Shown piece by piece: positions 36,005 to 46,464 of a stretch of DNA of 64,000 nt (position 1 is its first letter; each line of letters begins with the position of its first letter). This DNA comes from Smithella sp. (GTDB lineage: Bacteria > Desulfobacterota > Syntrophia > Syntrophales > Smithellaceae). The stretch lies in contig JAAZHX010000075.1 in assembly GCA_012510495.1 (NCBI GenBank), forward strand, positions 1,064 through 65,063, written 5' to 3'. The position numbers and the translations under genes were made by a program. The notes under the pieces are model-generated. The model did not search any database. It was not told the DNA's origin and worked only from the letters and a program-made list of their open reading frames with translations.

Positions 36005-38335
36005 TTATTTGCCGCCGTGCCAGTGTCCGGACAGTTCGGCCACAGGGATGTCAAAAACTTTTTGATCTCCGGCGTAGCCCGACAATGACGGCCTTGCCGT
36101 TGTCACCCCGATGGGGATCAGCGCAATCCCGTATCGGCCATAGACTTCTTTTAATTTTACGGCGTTTTGCCGGGACACTTCCAGAACATACCCGACAGAC
36201 TCGCTGAAAAGCGCGTAATCGGCGCGCAGACGGCTCATGGAGGCCATGTCGATTTCCGCGCCGGTTTTTCCACCGGCCATCACCATTCTCACCAGCGTGG
36301 CGGCAAGCCCGCCATTTTCAATAACGGCCGCGGCCCGGACAAGTTTTTCCCGCGTCGCGTCCAGCGCCGCGTATTCCATTTTCCCCGCTTCAGCAGGAGA
36401 AATGGAAGGAAGATTCTTTCCCTCTCTGCCGGCAAGAAGGGCGTATTCCGATCCCTTGAATTCCATTTTTCGCTTTCCCGCCAGGAAAAGAAGGTTTCCC
36501 GCGCTTTTGAGTCCGGTCGTCACGGTTTGACGATGGTCCCTGATGTATCCGAAAACCACGGGAATCAGCGACGGATCAAGCGTCACTTCTTTTCCTTTGC
36601 TGACATAAGTGTTTTTCATGGAGACGTTTCCGGCAATCACGGCCAGCGGTTCCTTTTCGCCGTAAAGAGGTATGCGGCAGGCCTGGTTCAATCCGTTGAT
36701 GCCCCTGTCAAAACAAAAATAATGTTCGGGGTTTTCAGGATTGCCGTAATTGCATCCGTCGGCCGCCGCCACCGGTTTAAGGCCGGCCGCCGCCAGCTTG
36801 AGCCTCGCCAAAACCGTGGCCAGATAGGCCTGCGCATGAGCGGAGCCGTTTCTGCCGTGCAGCGATTTTCCGCCAAAGGCCAGCCCCACGCCGATGCGTT
36901 TGTTTTGGGCGGATGTTTTTTCGTTTTGGAGCGGGGCAATGACGCTGACGTCTGTTTCCTGCGGCGCCGTAATCACGTAACCCTGCCGTTTCCCTTTCAT
37001 CATGCCGAATACGTCATTTTTGGAATACACATTCCGGGAGGCTATGACTTTCAATATTTCTTTTTCCAGGGACTTGGGCGCCGTCACCTGAAAGGCCTTT
37101 TCTTCTGTTGGAACGGAAGGTTGTTTTGAAGAGGGTTTATAAACCGGCGCGCCGGTAATAAGGCTGACGGGAATATCGCAATAGATCGTGTTGCCGTCTC
37201 GCATCACAAACCGGTCTTCTTTTAAAACTTTGCCGATGACCGCGACCCTGCCGCCGTATTTTTTGAAATTTTTATCGTTTTGGAAAACCGGCAGGATCAC
37301 TTCGGCGGCCCGGTCCGACGCGATGATCATGTTTCTTTCCTGATCTTCGCCCACGGCCAGCGCCAGAGGATGAACTTTCATTCCCCGCGGCACGGGAACT
37401 TGTTTTGTGGAGATTTCTATGCCGAAGCCTCTTGCGGACACCTGTTCCGCGGTCGAGCAGGTCAGCCCCGCCGCCCCCATGTCCTTCAGGGACATCTCGG
37501 ACAGGAGCTTCTTTTTTTTCAATTCCTTTTTGACTTTTTCAAACACGTCAAAAGTGGCTTTTTCCAGCCGGGGGTTGGAACCGAATTCAATTTCTTTTGT
37601 CCGGCCCGCCTCAAAGGCCTGGGAGGCAAAGGAAGCCCCGCCGACGGCGGCGCCCGCCGTGGGCTTTCCGATGTAAATCAGATGGTAGCCGACAGCATTT
37701 TCGGGAACGATGTTGGGGATCAATTCGTCGTTTTTCACCACGCCCAGCGCCGACACATTCATCAGGCAATTGCGCCGGAAAGAGTCTTCGTAATACAGGT
37801 CAAGGGCGATGAGCGGAATCTCCATGGCGCGGCAGTAGTGTGCCGCCCCCTCCATGGCGCCTGAGAGAATGTCTTTGGAGCTTTTTTCGGCTTTCGGTCC
37901 GTAGCGCAACGAAGCGCCCACGGCGAGGTTTCTGGCGCCCATGCCGAAGATGTCGCGCAAAACACCGCCGACGCCTGTCGCCGCGCCGTCAAACGGATTG
38001 AGCAGCGTGGGGTGATTGTGCGACTCGATTTTAAAAACGGCGCTGTATCCGCTTTCCCCGATCTTCACGGCTCCGGCGTCGCTATGCTCGGCGCTCAGGA
38101 CGTGCCGGTTGGTTCTGATGAGGGAGCCAAGCTTGTTTTTCGAGTTTTTATAAGAACAGTGATCGGACCACAAACTGTCCATGATGAAAGCTTCCGTAAT
38201 GCGAAGCGGTCTTTTGACTTTTTTTTGCGCCAGGCGAAATTCGTCAAGCGTCAGCCCCCAGCCGTTGTCCCGGCGTACCTTTTTAAATTCTTTTTCCCGC
38301 ATCCCTGAAAAATCAAATTCTTTTTTCTTTTCCAT
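36005..38335 (-). CDS. purL: FGAM synthase subunit PurL
   Basis: WSDHCSYK, KIESHNHP, GAATGVGG, DMGAAGLTCS, NYGNP, GNVS. Confidence 0.92.
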   Translation of the reverse strand: MEKKKEFDFSGMREKEFKKVRRDNGWGLTLDEFRLAQKKVKRPLRITEAFIMDSLWSDHCSYKNSKNKLGSLIRTNRHVLSAEHSDAGAVKIGESGYSAVFKIESHNHPTLLNPFDGAATGVGGVLRDIFGMGARNLAVGASLRYGPKAEKSSKDILSGAMEGAAHYCRAMEIPLIALDLYYEDSFRRNCLMNVSALGVVKNDELIPNIVPENAVGYHLIYIGKPTAGAAVGGASFASQAFEAGRTKEIEFGSNPRLEKATFDVFEKVKKELKKKKLLSEMSLKDMGAAGLTCSTAEQVSARGFGIEISTKQVPVPRGMKVHPLALAVGEDQERNMIIASDRAAEVILPVFQNDKNFKKYGGRVAVIGKVLKEDRFVMRDGNTIYCDIPVSLITGAPVYKPSSKQPSVPTEEKAFQVTAPKSLEKEILKVIASRNVYSKNDVFGMMKGKRQGYVITAPQETDVSVIAPLQNEKTSAQNKRIGVGLAFGGKSLHGRNGSAHAQAYLATVLARLKLAAAGLKPVAAADGCNYGNPENPEHYFCFDRGINGLNQACRIPLYGEKEPLAVIAGNVSMKNTYVSKGKEVTLDPSLIPVVFGYIRDHRQTVTTGLKSAGNLLFLAGKRKMEFKGSEYALLAGREGKNLPSISPAEAGKMEYAALDATREKLVRAAAVIENGGLAATLVRMVMAGGKTGAEIDMASMSRLRADYALFSESVGYVLEVSRQNAVKLKEVYGRYGIALIPIGVTTARPSLSGYAGDQKVFDIPVAELSGHWHGGK

Positions 38336-38525
38336 GCTCTGTCCTCCGTTAAAGCCGAAGCTGCCGGTTGTCCCGCGGTTTGCGTTGACTAAAAAAAGTA
38401 GGCCCTCCTGAAGGCGGTCTGCCGCAAAACATCATGAACGGGCACAACCCGATCAGGTTGGCGCCTTGTAGCACATCTCAATCCAAAAATCTGCAATTTT
38501 TTGGAAAAATGAGGGAAGGGAAAAC

Positions 38526-38556
38526 GGGGTCAAATCTTTATTCTTGACATTTGACC
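38526..38556 (+). repeat. Solo, uninterrupted copy of the repeat flanking the 8828-9193 element
   Basis: GGGGTCAAATCTTTATTCTTGACATTTGACC. Confidence 0.8.
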
Positions 38557-38701
38557 ACAACTTTACAGCCTTTGGTGAAATCAGTGTGATGGTTAAATCA
38601 TAAAAATCAAAACCTCTCTTGGTTTCCCTTTGAGAAAGGGAAACCAAGCAGCTTGTGTCATTAGCGTATGGTTTGGACGAATGCCTGAAAAATACCTAAG
38701 G

Positions 38702-39754
38702 TTAACCGGTTGTGTAAGTTCCGCTGAGCTGTCCGCAGGCTGCCAGGATGTCGGAGCCCTTGCTTTTGCGCAGCATGGCGGTGTAGCGTTGGTCGAGCAG
38801 GACCTGCTGAAAATCCGACACGACCCCGGGGGAGGGCGCCCGAAATGGTGAACCGGGGTATTCGTTAAAGACGATCAGGTTGATTTTGCAGCGCTGATCG
38901 GCGAGCAGGCGGGCCAGCTTCCGGGCGTCTTGCCGTGAGTCGTTCACACCGTCAATCAGAATGTATTCGTAGGTAAGCATGCGTCTTCCCGGCATGGGGT
39001 ATTTTTTGCAGGCGCCCAGAAGCTCGGTCAGAGGATATTTTTTGTTGACCGGCATCAGCCGGCTGCGGGTTTCGTCGTCGTGGGCGTTTAAGGATACGGC
39101 CAGGTTAATGCAGATGTCGTTGCCCAGTTGCATGATCTGCTGGGTGAGCCCGCAGGTGGACACGGTGATCCGGCGCGAGGAAAAGCCCGGTCCGAAATCG
39201 CAGGTGAGGATCCGGATCGCTTTTACCGTATTGTCGTAATTGGCCAGCGGCTCGCCCATGCCCATCATGACGATGTTGCCCACGGCTGCCCCCTCGGGTG
39301 TTTCTTTCCTGATAGTTACCACCTGTCCGACAATTTCCCCCGGCGTCAGGTTGCGCTTGAAACCCTGGCGCGCGGTCAGGCAGAAGGCGCAGCCCATCGC
39401 GCAGCCGGCCTGCGTGGAAATGCACAGCGTCCAGTGGTTTTTGCCGGGGATAAGCACGCTTTCGACAAAAAAGCCGTCTTCGAGGCCCAGCAGAACTTTT
39501 TGTGTGCCATCCTGCGACTTCTGGATTTTGACAATCGACGGCCGGTAAATCCGGGCCGTTTGCGCGATCGTTTTGCGGAAATCGCGCGCGAGCGTCGTCA
39601 TGGCGTCGAAGGAGAGGCAGCCGGACTGGTGGATCTCCTTCATGATCTGGCGGGCGCGGTATTTTTCTTTGCCGGAGGCGGCAATGAATTCTTCCATCTC
39701 CGGAAGGGTAAAGTCCGACAGATTGGGCAAAGAATTTTCGTTACGTTCACTCAT
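38702..39754 (-). CDS. rlmN: Dual-specificity RNA methyltransferase RlmN
   Basis: CISTQAGCAMGCAFC, MGMGEPL, ILAACGQL. Confidence 0.97.
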   Translation of the reverse strand: MSERNENSLPNLSDFTLPEMEEFIAASGKEKYRARQIMKEIHQSGCLSFDAMTTLARDFRKTIAQTARIYRPSIVKIQKSQDGTQKVLLGLEDGFFVESVLIPGKNHWTLCISTQAGCAMGCAFCLTARQGFKRNLTPGEIVGQVVTIRKETPEGAAVGNIVMMGMGEPLANYDNTVKAIRILTCDFGPGFSSRRITVSTCGLTQQIMQLGNDICINLAVSLNAHDDETRSRLMPVNKKYPLTELLGACKKYPMPGRRMLTYEYILIDGVNDSRQDARKLARLLADQRCKINLIVFNEYPGSPFRAPSPGVVSDFQQVLLDQRYTAMLRKSKGSDILAACGQLSGTYTTG

Positions 39755-39784
39755 GATCAATTCCGGATTCCCGCATTCTGAAAA

Positions 39785-39807
39785 GCGGGTCTGAAGACCC
39801 GCACTAC
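39785..39807 (-). repeat. GTAG-type REP palindrome
   Basis: GTAG-TGCGGGTCT-tc-AGACCCGC on the minus strand. Confidence 0.6.
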
Positions 39808-39852
39808 ATCTTGTGATGTCGCGCGCACCCTCAGGCGTGTGTGTTTCCCGTG

Positions 39853-41070
39853 CTAAAGTTTTTTCTTCAGGTTTCGGGCGATGGCGTCGATGAAATCTTC
39901 AGTGTTGACCTTGCGGTTGGTGGGCCGCTTTTCGGCCAAGAGGAGCAGATCGCCCGTCATCATACCGCTTTCCACAGTTTCCAGTGCGGCCATCTCCACT
40001 TTATCCGCAAACCCGGCAACTTCCGGTGTGCCGTCCAGTTCGCCGCGCTTGCGCAGGCCGCCGGTCCAGGCGAAAATCAGCGCCATCGAATTGGAAGAGG
40101 TTTCTTCACCCTTGAGATGTTTGTAGTAGTGCTTCTGCACCGTGCCGTGCGCGGCTTCGTATTCGTACCAGCCGGAAGGCGACACCAGGACGGAGGTCAT
40201 CATGGCGAGCGACCCGCTCGCGGAGGCGATCATATCCGACATTACGTCGCCGTCGTAGTTTTTGAGCGCCCAGAGGATTCCGCCCTCCGTCTTCATGATG
40301 CGCGCGACTGCGTCATCAATCAGGGTGAAAAAATATTCAATGCCGACCTTGTCGAATTGATCCTTCCAGTTTTGCTGAAATTCGCTGTCGAAGACATCGC
40401 GGAAGCCCGCGTCGTACTTTTTGGAAATCGTGTCCTTGGTGGAAAACCACACGTCGATCTTTTCGGAAAGCGCGTAAGTGAAGCAGGCCCGGGCGAAGCT
40501 CAGCATCGACGCTTCCAGGTTGTGGTTGATCTGGATAATGCCCGCCGAAGGGAAGTCTTTCACCAGTTCCTTCTGCGGCGCGCCGCCGTCGGCCGGTGTG
40601 AAGACGACTTCCAGCTTTCCCGCGCCGGGAATGTTCATTTCAAAGTTGTCGTAAACGTCACCGTAGGCGTGGCGGCCGATCGTGATAGGTTTTTTCCAGG
40701 CGGTCACCCCCGATTTAATGTTGCTGACCAGAATCGGTTTGCGGAACACCGTGCCGTCAAGCAGGGCGCGGATCGTGCCGTTGGGGCTTTTCCAGGCTTT
40801 CTTCAGGTTGTATTCCTTCACCCGGTCTTCGTTGGGCGTGATCGTGGCGCACTTGACGCCGACACCGTATTTCTGGACGGCGCGGGCTGCGTCAACCGTG
40901 ACCCGGTCGTCCGTGTCGTCGCGGTGCTTGATGTGGAGATCGTAGTAGTCGATGTCCATGTCCAGATAGGGAAAGAGCAGCTTGTCTTTCACCATCTGCC
41001 ACATGATGCGGGTCATTTCGTCTCCGTCCATTTCGACGAGAGTTGTCTTCACTTTGATTTTCTGTGTCAT
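39853..41070 (-). CDS. icd: NADP-dependent isocitrate dehydrogenase (eukaryote-like type II)
   Basis: [40 protein letters not shown]. Confidence 0.96.
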   Translation of the reverse strand: MTQKIKVKTTLVEMDGDEMTRIMWQMVKDKLLFPYLDMDIDYYDLHIKHRDDTDDRVTVDAARAVQKYGVGVKCATITPNEDRVKEYNLKKAWKSPNGTIRALLDGTVFRKPILVSNIKSGVTAWKKPITIGRHAYGDVYDNFEMNIPGAGKLEVVFTPADGGAPQKELVKDFPSAGIIQINHNLEASMLSFARACFTYALSEKIDVWFSTKDTISKKYDAGFRDVFDSEFQQNWKDQFDKVGIEYFFTLIDDAVARIMKTEGGILWALKNYDGDVMSDMIASASGSLAMMTSVLVSPSGWYEYEAAHGTVQKHYYKHLKGEETSSNSMALIFAWTGGLRKRGELDGTPEVAGFADKVEMAALETVESGMMTGDLLLLAEKRPTNRKVNTEDFIDAIARNLKKKL

Positions 41071-41102
41071 TGCTCTTCACTCCATGGGATCGGGATGCGG
41101 GA

Positions 41103-43037
41103 TTATTTTGGACTGCGGACGTTGAGCGCGCCGCCGGCCAGAATCATCTCTTTTTGTCGGGGCGACAGGCTCAGGCGCACGGCGAAGGATGTCCCTTTGG
41201 TTTTGTTGGCCACCGTCAGGGATTCTCCGCCGGCAACGGCCGTTCTCAGTCCGGCGATTTCCAGCTCGTCGCTTTCGCCGAGGGTATCGTAGTCCTTTTC
41301 ATCGGCGAACGTGAGCGGCAGGATGCCGAAGTTGATCAGGTTGGCAGCATGGATTCTCTCCAGGGATTTGGCGATGACCGCCCGCACGCCCAGATACATC
41401 GGGCAGATAGCCGCATGTTCGCGCGACGATCCCTGGCCGTAGGAGAGGCCGGCCACAATGATGTTGTGCCTGCCCGCCTCTTTGTTGGCGAGCGCGCGTA
41501 GGGCAAAAGTGGCGTCCACGTTTTCAAAAACAAATTCGGCGTAGCGGGGAATATTCGAGCGGTACTTCATTCGCGCACCGGCGGGGATGATGTGATCGGT
41601 CGTGATCTTATCGCCGACTTTGATCGTCACCGGACCCGCGAGCGCCTCGGGCAGCGGCGTGTTGACGGGCGGCGCACCGATGTTCGGACCGCGGTAGATG
41701 TTCCCGTCCCGGGTCGCGTCGTCCGGCCGGAGCATCAGGCTGTCGTCGATGACCAGCTTCTCGGGCGTCCGCACGTCCGGGTAGTCCATCCCCAGATCGC
41801 GCGGATCGGTGAAGCGGCCGGTAATGACCGCTGCCGCCGCCGTTTCAGGGCTCACCAGATAGATGTCGGCGTCGAGTGTGCCCGACCGTCCGGGGAAATT
41901 CCGGTTGGAGGTGCGCAGCGAAACCGCGCCTGATTGCGGACTCTGGCTGTTGCCGATGCAGAAGCCGCAGGCGTTTTCCATAAGCCGTGCGCCGGAGGCG
42001 ATGAGGGAGGCCAGGTGGCCGTCGCGGGCGAGGTTGTCCAGCACCTGCCGGGAGCCTGGGGCCAGAATAAAGCTGACGTCGGGGTGCGCGATCCGGCCCT
42101 TGAGGATTTTGGCGACCGTCGCCAGATCCTTGTAAGAGGAATTGGTACAGCTCCCCAGGCAGACCTGCTGAACGGGGATGCCGGTCAGAGACCGGACGGT
42201 GGCGATATTGTCGGGGCTGTGCGGTTTGGCCGCCAGCGGTTCAATCCGGGACAGATCGATCGTTTCTTCACGGGCATAAACCGCGTCGTCGTCCGCTTTC
42301 AGTTCGATAAAATCCGCTTCCCGCTGCTGGGAGCGCAGAAATTGCCGGGTCATCCCGTCGCCGGGAAACACTGAGGTCGTCACGCCGCATTCCGCGCCCA
42401 TGTTGGCGATCGTGGCGCGCTCCGGAACGCTCAACGTAGCGAGGCCCCCGCCACCGTATTCGAAAACGGTTCCGACGTTGCCTTTTGTTGAGAAAATTTC
42501 CAGCACTTTGAGGATGACATCTTTCGCGGAAACCCAGGGCGCGAGACGGCCCTCCAGGTTGATTTTTACCACCGACGGGCAGGCGAGGTAAAAAGGCTCT
42601 CCCGCCATCGCCTGCGCGACGTCGAGTCCGCCCGCTCCGATGGCGATCATGCCCAGCGCGCCGCAGGTAGGCGTGTGGCTGTCGGAGCCGATCAGCGTTT
42701 TGCCGGGACGCCCGAAGCGCTCCAAGTGGACCTGGTGGCATATCCCGTTGCCGGCGCGCGAGAGCACGATGCCGAACTTTTGCGCGACGCTCATCAGGTA
42801 GCGGTGATCGTCCGCATTTTCATAACCGATTTGAATCGTGTTGTGGTCGATGTAGCTGACGGACAGCTCCGTGCGGACGCGGGGGATGTTCATGGCTTCA
42901 AACTGCAGATAAGCCATGGTTCCTGTAGCGTCCTGGGTGAGGGTCTGGTCGATCCGGATGCCGATTTCTTCGCCGGGCGCGAAGGCGCCGTAAACCAGAT
43001 GATCGGCGAGGATCTTTTCCACAATGTTTTTTCCCAT
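41103..43037 (-). CDS. Aconitate hydratase
   Basis: TQDATGT, GICHQVH, GSDSHTP, GSCTN, CGFCIG, TSNRNF, GSSREHA. Confidence 0.95.
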   Translation of the reverse strand: MGKNIVEKILADHLVYGAFAPGEEIGIRIDQTLTQDATGTMAYLQFEAMNIPRVRTELSVSYIDHNTIQIGYENADDHRYLMSVAQKFGIVLSRAGNGICHQVHLERFGRPGKTLIGSDSHTPTCGALGMIAIGAGGLDVAQAMAGEPFYLACPSVVKINLEGRLAPWVSAKDVILKVLEIFSTKGNVGTVFEYGGGGLATLSVPERATIANMGAECGVTTSVFPGDGMTRQFLRSQQREADFIELKADDDAVYAREETIDLSRIEPLAAKPHSPDNIATVRSLTGIPVQQVCLGSCTNSSYKDLATVAKILKGRIAHPDVSFILAPGSRQVLDNLARDGHLASLIASGARLMENACGFCIGNSQSPQSGAVSLRTSNRNFPGRSGTLDADIYLVSPETAAAAVITGRFTDPRDLGMDYPDVRTPEKLVIDDSLMLRPDDATRDGNIYRGPNIGAPPVNTPLPEALAGPVTIKVGDKITTDHIIPAGARMKYRSNIPRYAEFVFENVDATFALRALANKEAGRHNIIVAGLSYGQGSSREHAAICPMYLGVRAVIAKSLERIHAANLINFGILPLTFADEKDYDTLGESDELEIAGLRTAVAGGESLTVANKTKGTSFAVRLSLSPRQKEMILAGGALNVRSPK

Positions 43038-43169
43038 GGGTTCTTCCTTACAGGCCAATTGTGATAATCCCAATTAATTCAGCAGTCTTTCACCTATACG
43101 ATGCGGGGACCGGCAGGGTTGTCTTCATATAATAAACGGCCCGGATAAGCAACCGGCAAAACGACCGAT

Positions 43170-43199
43170 AAAAAAAAGAGGCGTTCCAGCCTCTTTTTT
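43170..43199 (-). terminator. Intrinsic terminator
   Basis: A-run GAGGC-loop-GCCTC T-run. Confidence 0.75.
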
Positions 43200-43225
43200 G
43201 AAAATGCCTTGTGGAAAAATCATCA

Positions 43226-44164
43226 TCAGGTGCCGTCGTTTTCATCCAATCCTTTCAAGCGCGTGGCCCGCTGAAATCTTTTCTGAAAATAGGGGCGATC
43301 CAGGCTGTCGATACGGACGGCTTTTGCCTTGTAAGAGGCGTGAACAAACTCGTTGTTACCGATGTAAATGCCGACGTGGCCGATCGGTTTCTTGGTCCGG
43401 AAAAAAACCAGATCTCCTTCAACCAGTTCATCGCGTCCAACTTGCATGCCGACCGTGGATTGTTCACGGGCGGTGCGGGGCAGGGTGATGTCGAAAAACT
43501 CATACATTTTGCGGACAAAGGCTGAACAATCAATTCCTCTGACGGTGGCGCCGCCCAGCCGGTAAGGCGCGCCCAGGAAACCGGTCGCCACCCGGATGAA
43601 CAGCTTTCTTTCGTCAGCGCTGCCCCATTTGCCCAGGAGTTCCTCGCTTATTCCTTCCTCACAGGCGATCTGGCCGGATGCGTCATCCGTCAATCCGTCA
43701 TCCTCTTCATCCAACAGACCTTCCTCTTCCTCGACGGGCGCCTTCGCGGGCGTTTCCTCCCTGGGGATCATCAACTTCTGTCCGGCACGCAGGGTCTTTG
43801 TGGTGACATTGTTCAGCTTCGCTATCTGCATAACGGAAACGCCGGTTTTTTTGGCGATCAGGGGAAGCGTGTCGCCCCATTTGACAATATAGGATGAAGT
43901 AAGTTGGGCTTTGGGTTTTGCGGTTACGGGGGATGGAGTATTTTTTTCTTTGATGCTTAAGAGCTGGCCGGGCTTTATGGCATCGCCGGTTAACCGGTTG
44001 GTTTTTTTGATTTCCGCGACACTGACGCCGGTTCGTTTGGAGATGAGGGAAAGGTTGTCGCCTTTTTTAACCTTATACTGGATTGCATGGGCATCGATTT
44101 GAAAGCTGAACAGTAAAAAAAGAACAAACAATCCCCAAAAAACCATGGTTCGCCGTTGCATCAT
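43226..44164 (-). CDS. LysM-LysM-NlpC/P60 peptidoglycan endopeptidase
   Basis: YKVKKGD, YIVKWGD, GIDCSAF, HVGIY, FVHAS. Confidence 0.94.
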   Translation of the reverse strand: MMQRRTMVFWGLFVLFLLFSFQIDAHAIQYKVKKGDNLSLISKRTGVSVAEIKKTNRLTGDAIKPGQLLSIKEKNTPSPVTAKPKAQLTSSYIVKWGDTLPLIAKKTGVSVMQIAKLNNVTTKTLRAGQKLMIPREETPAKAPVEEEEGLLDEEDDGLTDDASGQIACEEGISEELLGKWGSADERKLFIRVATGFLGAPYRLGGATVRGIDCSAFVRKMYEFFDITLPRTAREQSTVGMQVGRDELVEGDLVFFRTKKPIGHVGIYIGNNEFVHASYKAKAVRIDSLDRPYFQKRFQRATRLKGLDENDGT

Positions 44165-44416
44165 GAAGTGCCTCCTGTTTTAGCGGGGAGAGCCCCATTT
44201 TGTTAACGGTGCACAGGTGGATCGGTGAAGCTAATATTTTTATGTCATAGACATTCTACTGCACACTGAAAACGAAAGTTTACAATTAAAATCCATTTTA
44301 TCAACTTCGTACGTGCCCCCCTTACTAAAAATGAAAGGGCATGTCAAATTTATTTTGCAATCTTTTTCAATGAGGTATAGGAAGCGGCAAACGAAAAAGA
44401 TGAGGATACGCCGTTG

Positions 44417-45238
44417 ATGCAAAAGTGGAAAAAGATAATTTTATGGAGTTTCTTGGCGGTGGTTGTTTTCTTTGCGGTGGACGTCGGCCGCTATTTTTTT
44501 TATCCGGACGTGGCCGTACTCCGGAAGAATCGTCCCGGCAAGACCGCCTTCATGGAATATCGGGAAGAGATTTGGAAGAAAAAAGGCATTCATAAAAAGA
44601 TATCCGTATCTTGGGTTCCTCTGTCGGGGGTGTCGCCTTACGTGATGAAGGCGGTGATCATTGCCGAGGATGATAAATTCTGGTCCCATGAGGGGTTTGA
44701 CTTTGACGCCATGCAGAAGGCGCTGGAAAAAGACATCCAAAAGAAGAAATTCAAGGCCGGAGGCAGCACCATCTCACAGCAACTGGCGAAAAATCTATAT
44801 CTGACGCCGGCGAAAAATCCGGTTCGAAAAATCAAGGAGGCCATTCTAACTTGGCGAATCGAAAGGCAATTGAGCAAAAGAAGGATTCTGGAGCTCTATT
44901 TGAACGTGGCCGAATGGGGGGATGGACTGTTTGGCGTGGGGACCGCCGCGCGCCGGTATTATGGCAAATCCGCCGCCGGCCTCGGCCCGCGGGAAGCGGC
45001 CCAGCTTGCCGCAGCCCTGCCCAATCCAAGGCGTTTCCGCCCGGACGGCAGTTCAAGGTATGCGGCAAACCGGGCGGAGAGAATTTATCAAATCATGGTT
45101 CGGCGCGGCATTGTCATTGAAGAATATGATGAAGTTTTGAAGGATGAAGGCGGAGAAGAAGAAAAAGCTCCTGAACCGGCATCGCCGGAGCCGGAGACTT
45201 CTGTCGCAGGCGAGCCCGCGCCCGTGGTGCTTCCCTGA
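44417..45238 (+). CDS. mtgA: Monofunctional peptidoglycan glycosyltransferase
   Basis: AEDDKF.SHEG, GGSTISQQLAKNL, RKIKE, LYLN.AEWG. Confidence 0.94.
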   Translation: MQKWKKIILWSFLAVVVFFAVDVGRYFFYPDVAVLRKNRPGKTAFMEYREEIWKKKGIHKKISVSWVPLSGVSPYVMKAVIIAEDDKFWSHEGFDFDAMQKALEKDIQKKKFKAGGSTISQQLAKNLYLTPAKNPVRKIKEAILTWRIERQLSKRRILELYLNVAEWGDGLFGVGTAARRYYGKSAAGLGPREAAQLAAALPNPRRFRPDGSSRYAANRAERIYQIMVRRGIVIEEYDEVLKDEGGEEEKAPEPASPEPETSVAGEPAPVVLP

Positions 45239-45315
45239 CCACCCTGAGGCCGCAGGCAGCCGGGACGCAAAAGCCTGAAGAAAATCCAGACAGTCCTTGA
45301 TGAAAGAGGTGTTTT

Positions 45316-46464
45316 ATGGCGCAGCCCGTTTACCTCGATTACAATGCAACCACACCGATTGATCCCCGGGTGATCGCCGAAATGCGGCTCTTTCTGGAGA
45401 CGGAATTCGGCAATCCGTCGAGCTCTCACCTGTATGGCGCGGTCGCCGGGCAGGCCGTGGAAAAAGCCAGGCGGCGCGTGTCGGAGTTTCTGGGCTGCCT
45501 TCCCGAAGAAGTTTTCTTTACGTCCGGCGGGACGGAATCCAACAACCAGGCCATCAAAGGCATGGCCCGGGCGCTGAAGGACAGGGGCCGACACATCGTC
45601 ACCACAGTTTTTGAGCATCCGGCGGTGCTCGAGGTGTGCCGGTATCTGGAAGGCGAGGGGTTTGAAACGACGCGCGTGGCAGTGGATGAGCGGGGCATGG
45701 TGGATCCTGAAAAGATCCGGCAGGCTCTGCGTCCCGATACGATTCTCGTTACCGTCATGCACGCCAACAATGAAGTTGGCACAGTGCAGCCCATCGCGGA
45801 CATTGCCCGGTTGGCAGGGTCGCGCGGCATTGTCCTGCACACCGATGCCGCCCAGTCTCCGGGGAAGATCCCGGTTGACGTGGTGTCCCTCGGCGTGGAC
45901 CTGCTGTCCATCGCCGGTCACAAGCTTTACGCGCCCAAGGGAATCGGAGCTCTTTATATTCGAAAGGGCCTCGCGCCGGAGAAATTCTGCCACGGCGCAG
46001 GGCAGGAAATGGGCCGAAGGGCCGGAACGGAAAATGTGGCGGGCATCGTCGGCCTGGGCAAAGCCTGTGAGATTGCGTCCGCAAGCCTGGCCGAAGATTC
46101 GCTTCGCATGCGGGCGCTTCGCGACCGGCTTCATGAGGGGATTGCCGGACGCACGAATGGCGTGCGGTTAAACGGACACCCCGAATACCGCCTGCCCAAT
46201 ACGCTCAACCTGTCGTTTCAGGGATTGGATGCCAACCGGCTGCTGGAGGAAATCGGACGGGAAGTCGCCGCGTCGGCCGGGGCCGCCTGTCACGCCGGTT
46301 CGGTTGCCGTTTCCCATGTTCTTGAAGCCATGCGGACGCCGGTCGAATGGGTGCGGGGCGCCTTGCGGTTTTCCCTGGGGCGCATGACCACCCCCGGTGA
46401 TATTGACCGGGCGGTGGAAGCGGTAGTGGCGGCAGCGGCCGGACTTCGGAAAGGGACGAAATAA
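45316..46464 (+). CDS. Cysteine desulfurase (IscS/NifS class)
   Basis: YLDYNATTP, GNPSS, HTDAAQ, GHKLYAPKG, SAGAACH. Confidence 0.94.
   Translation: MAQPVYLDYNATTPIDPRVIAEMRLFLETEFGNPSSSHLYGAVAGQAVEKARRRVSEFLGCLPEEVFFTSGGTESNNQAIKGMARALKDRGRHIVTTVFEHPAVLEVCRYLEGEGFETTRVAVDERGMVDPEKIRQALRPDTILVTVMHANNEVGTVQPIADIARLAGSRGIVLHTDAAQSPGKIPVDVVSLGVDLLSIAGHKLYAPKGIGALYIRKGLAPEKFCHGAGQEMGRRAGTENVAGIVGLGKACEIASASLAEDSLRMRALRDRLHEGIAGRTNGVRLNGHPEYRLPNTLNLSFQGLDANRLLEEIGREVAASAGAACHAGSVAVSHVLEAMRTPVEWVRGALRFSLGRMTTPGDIDRAVEAVVAAAAGLRKGTK

Noticed and set aside
45255-45300. GGGACGCAAAAGCC resembling a c-di-GMP-I riboswitch core
   Set aside because: No GNRA-capped P2 or matching P1/P3; too little intergenic space
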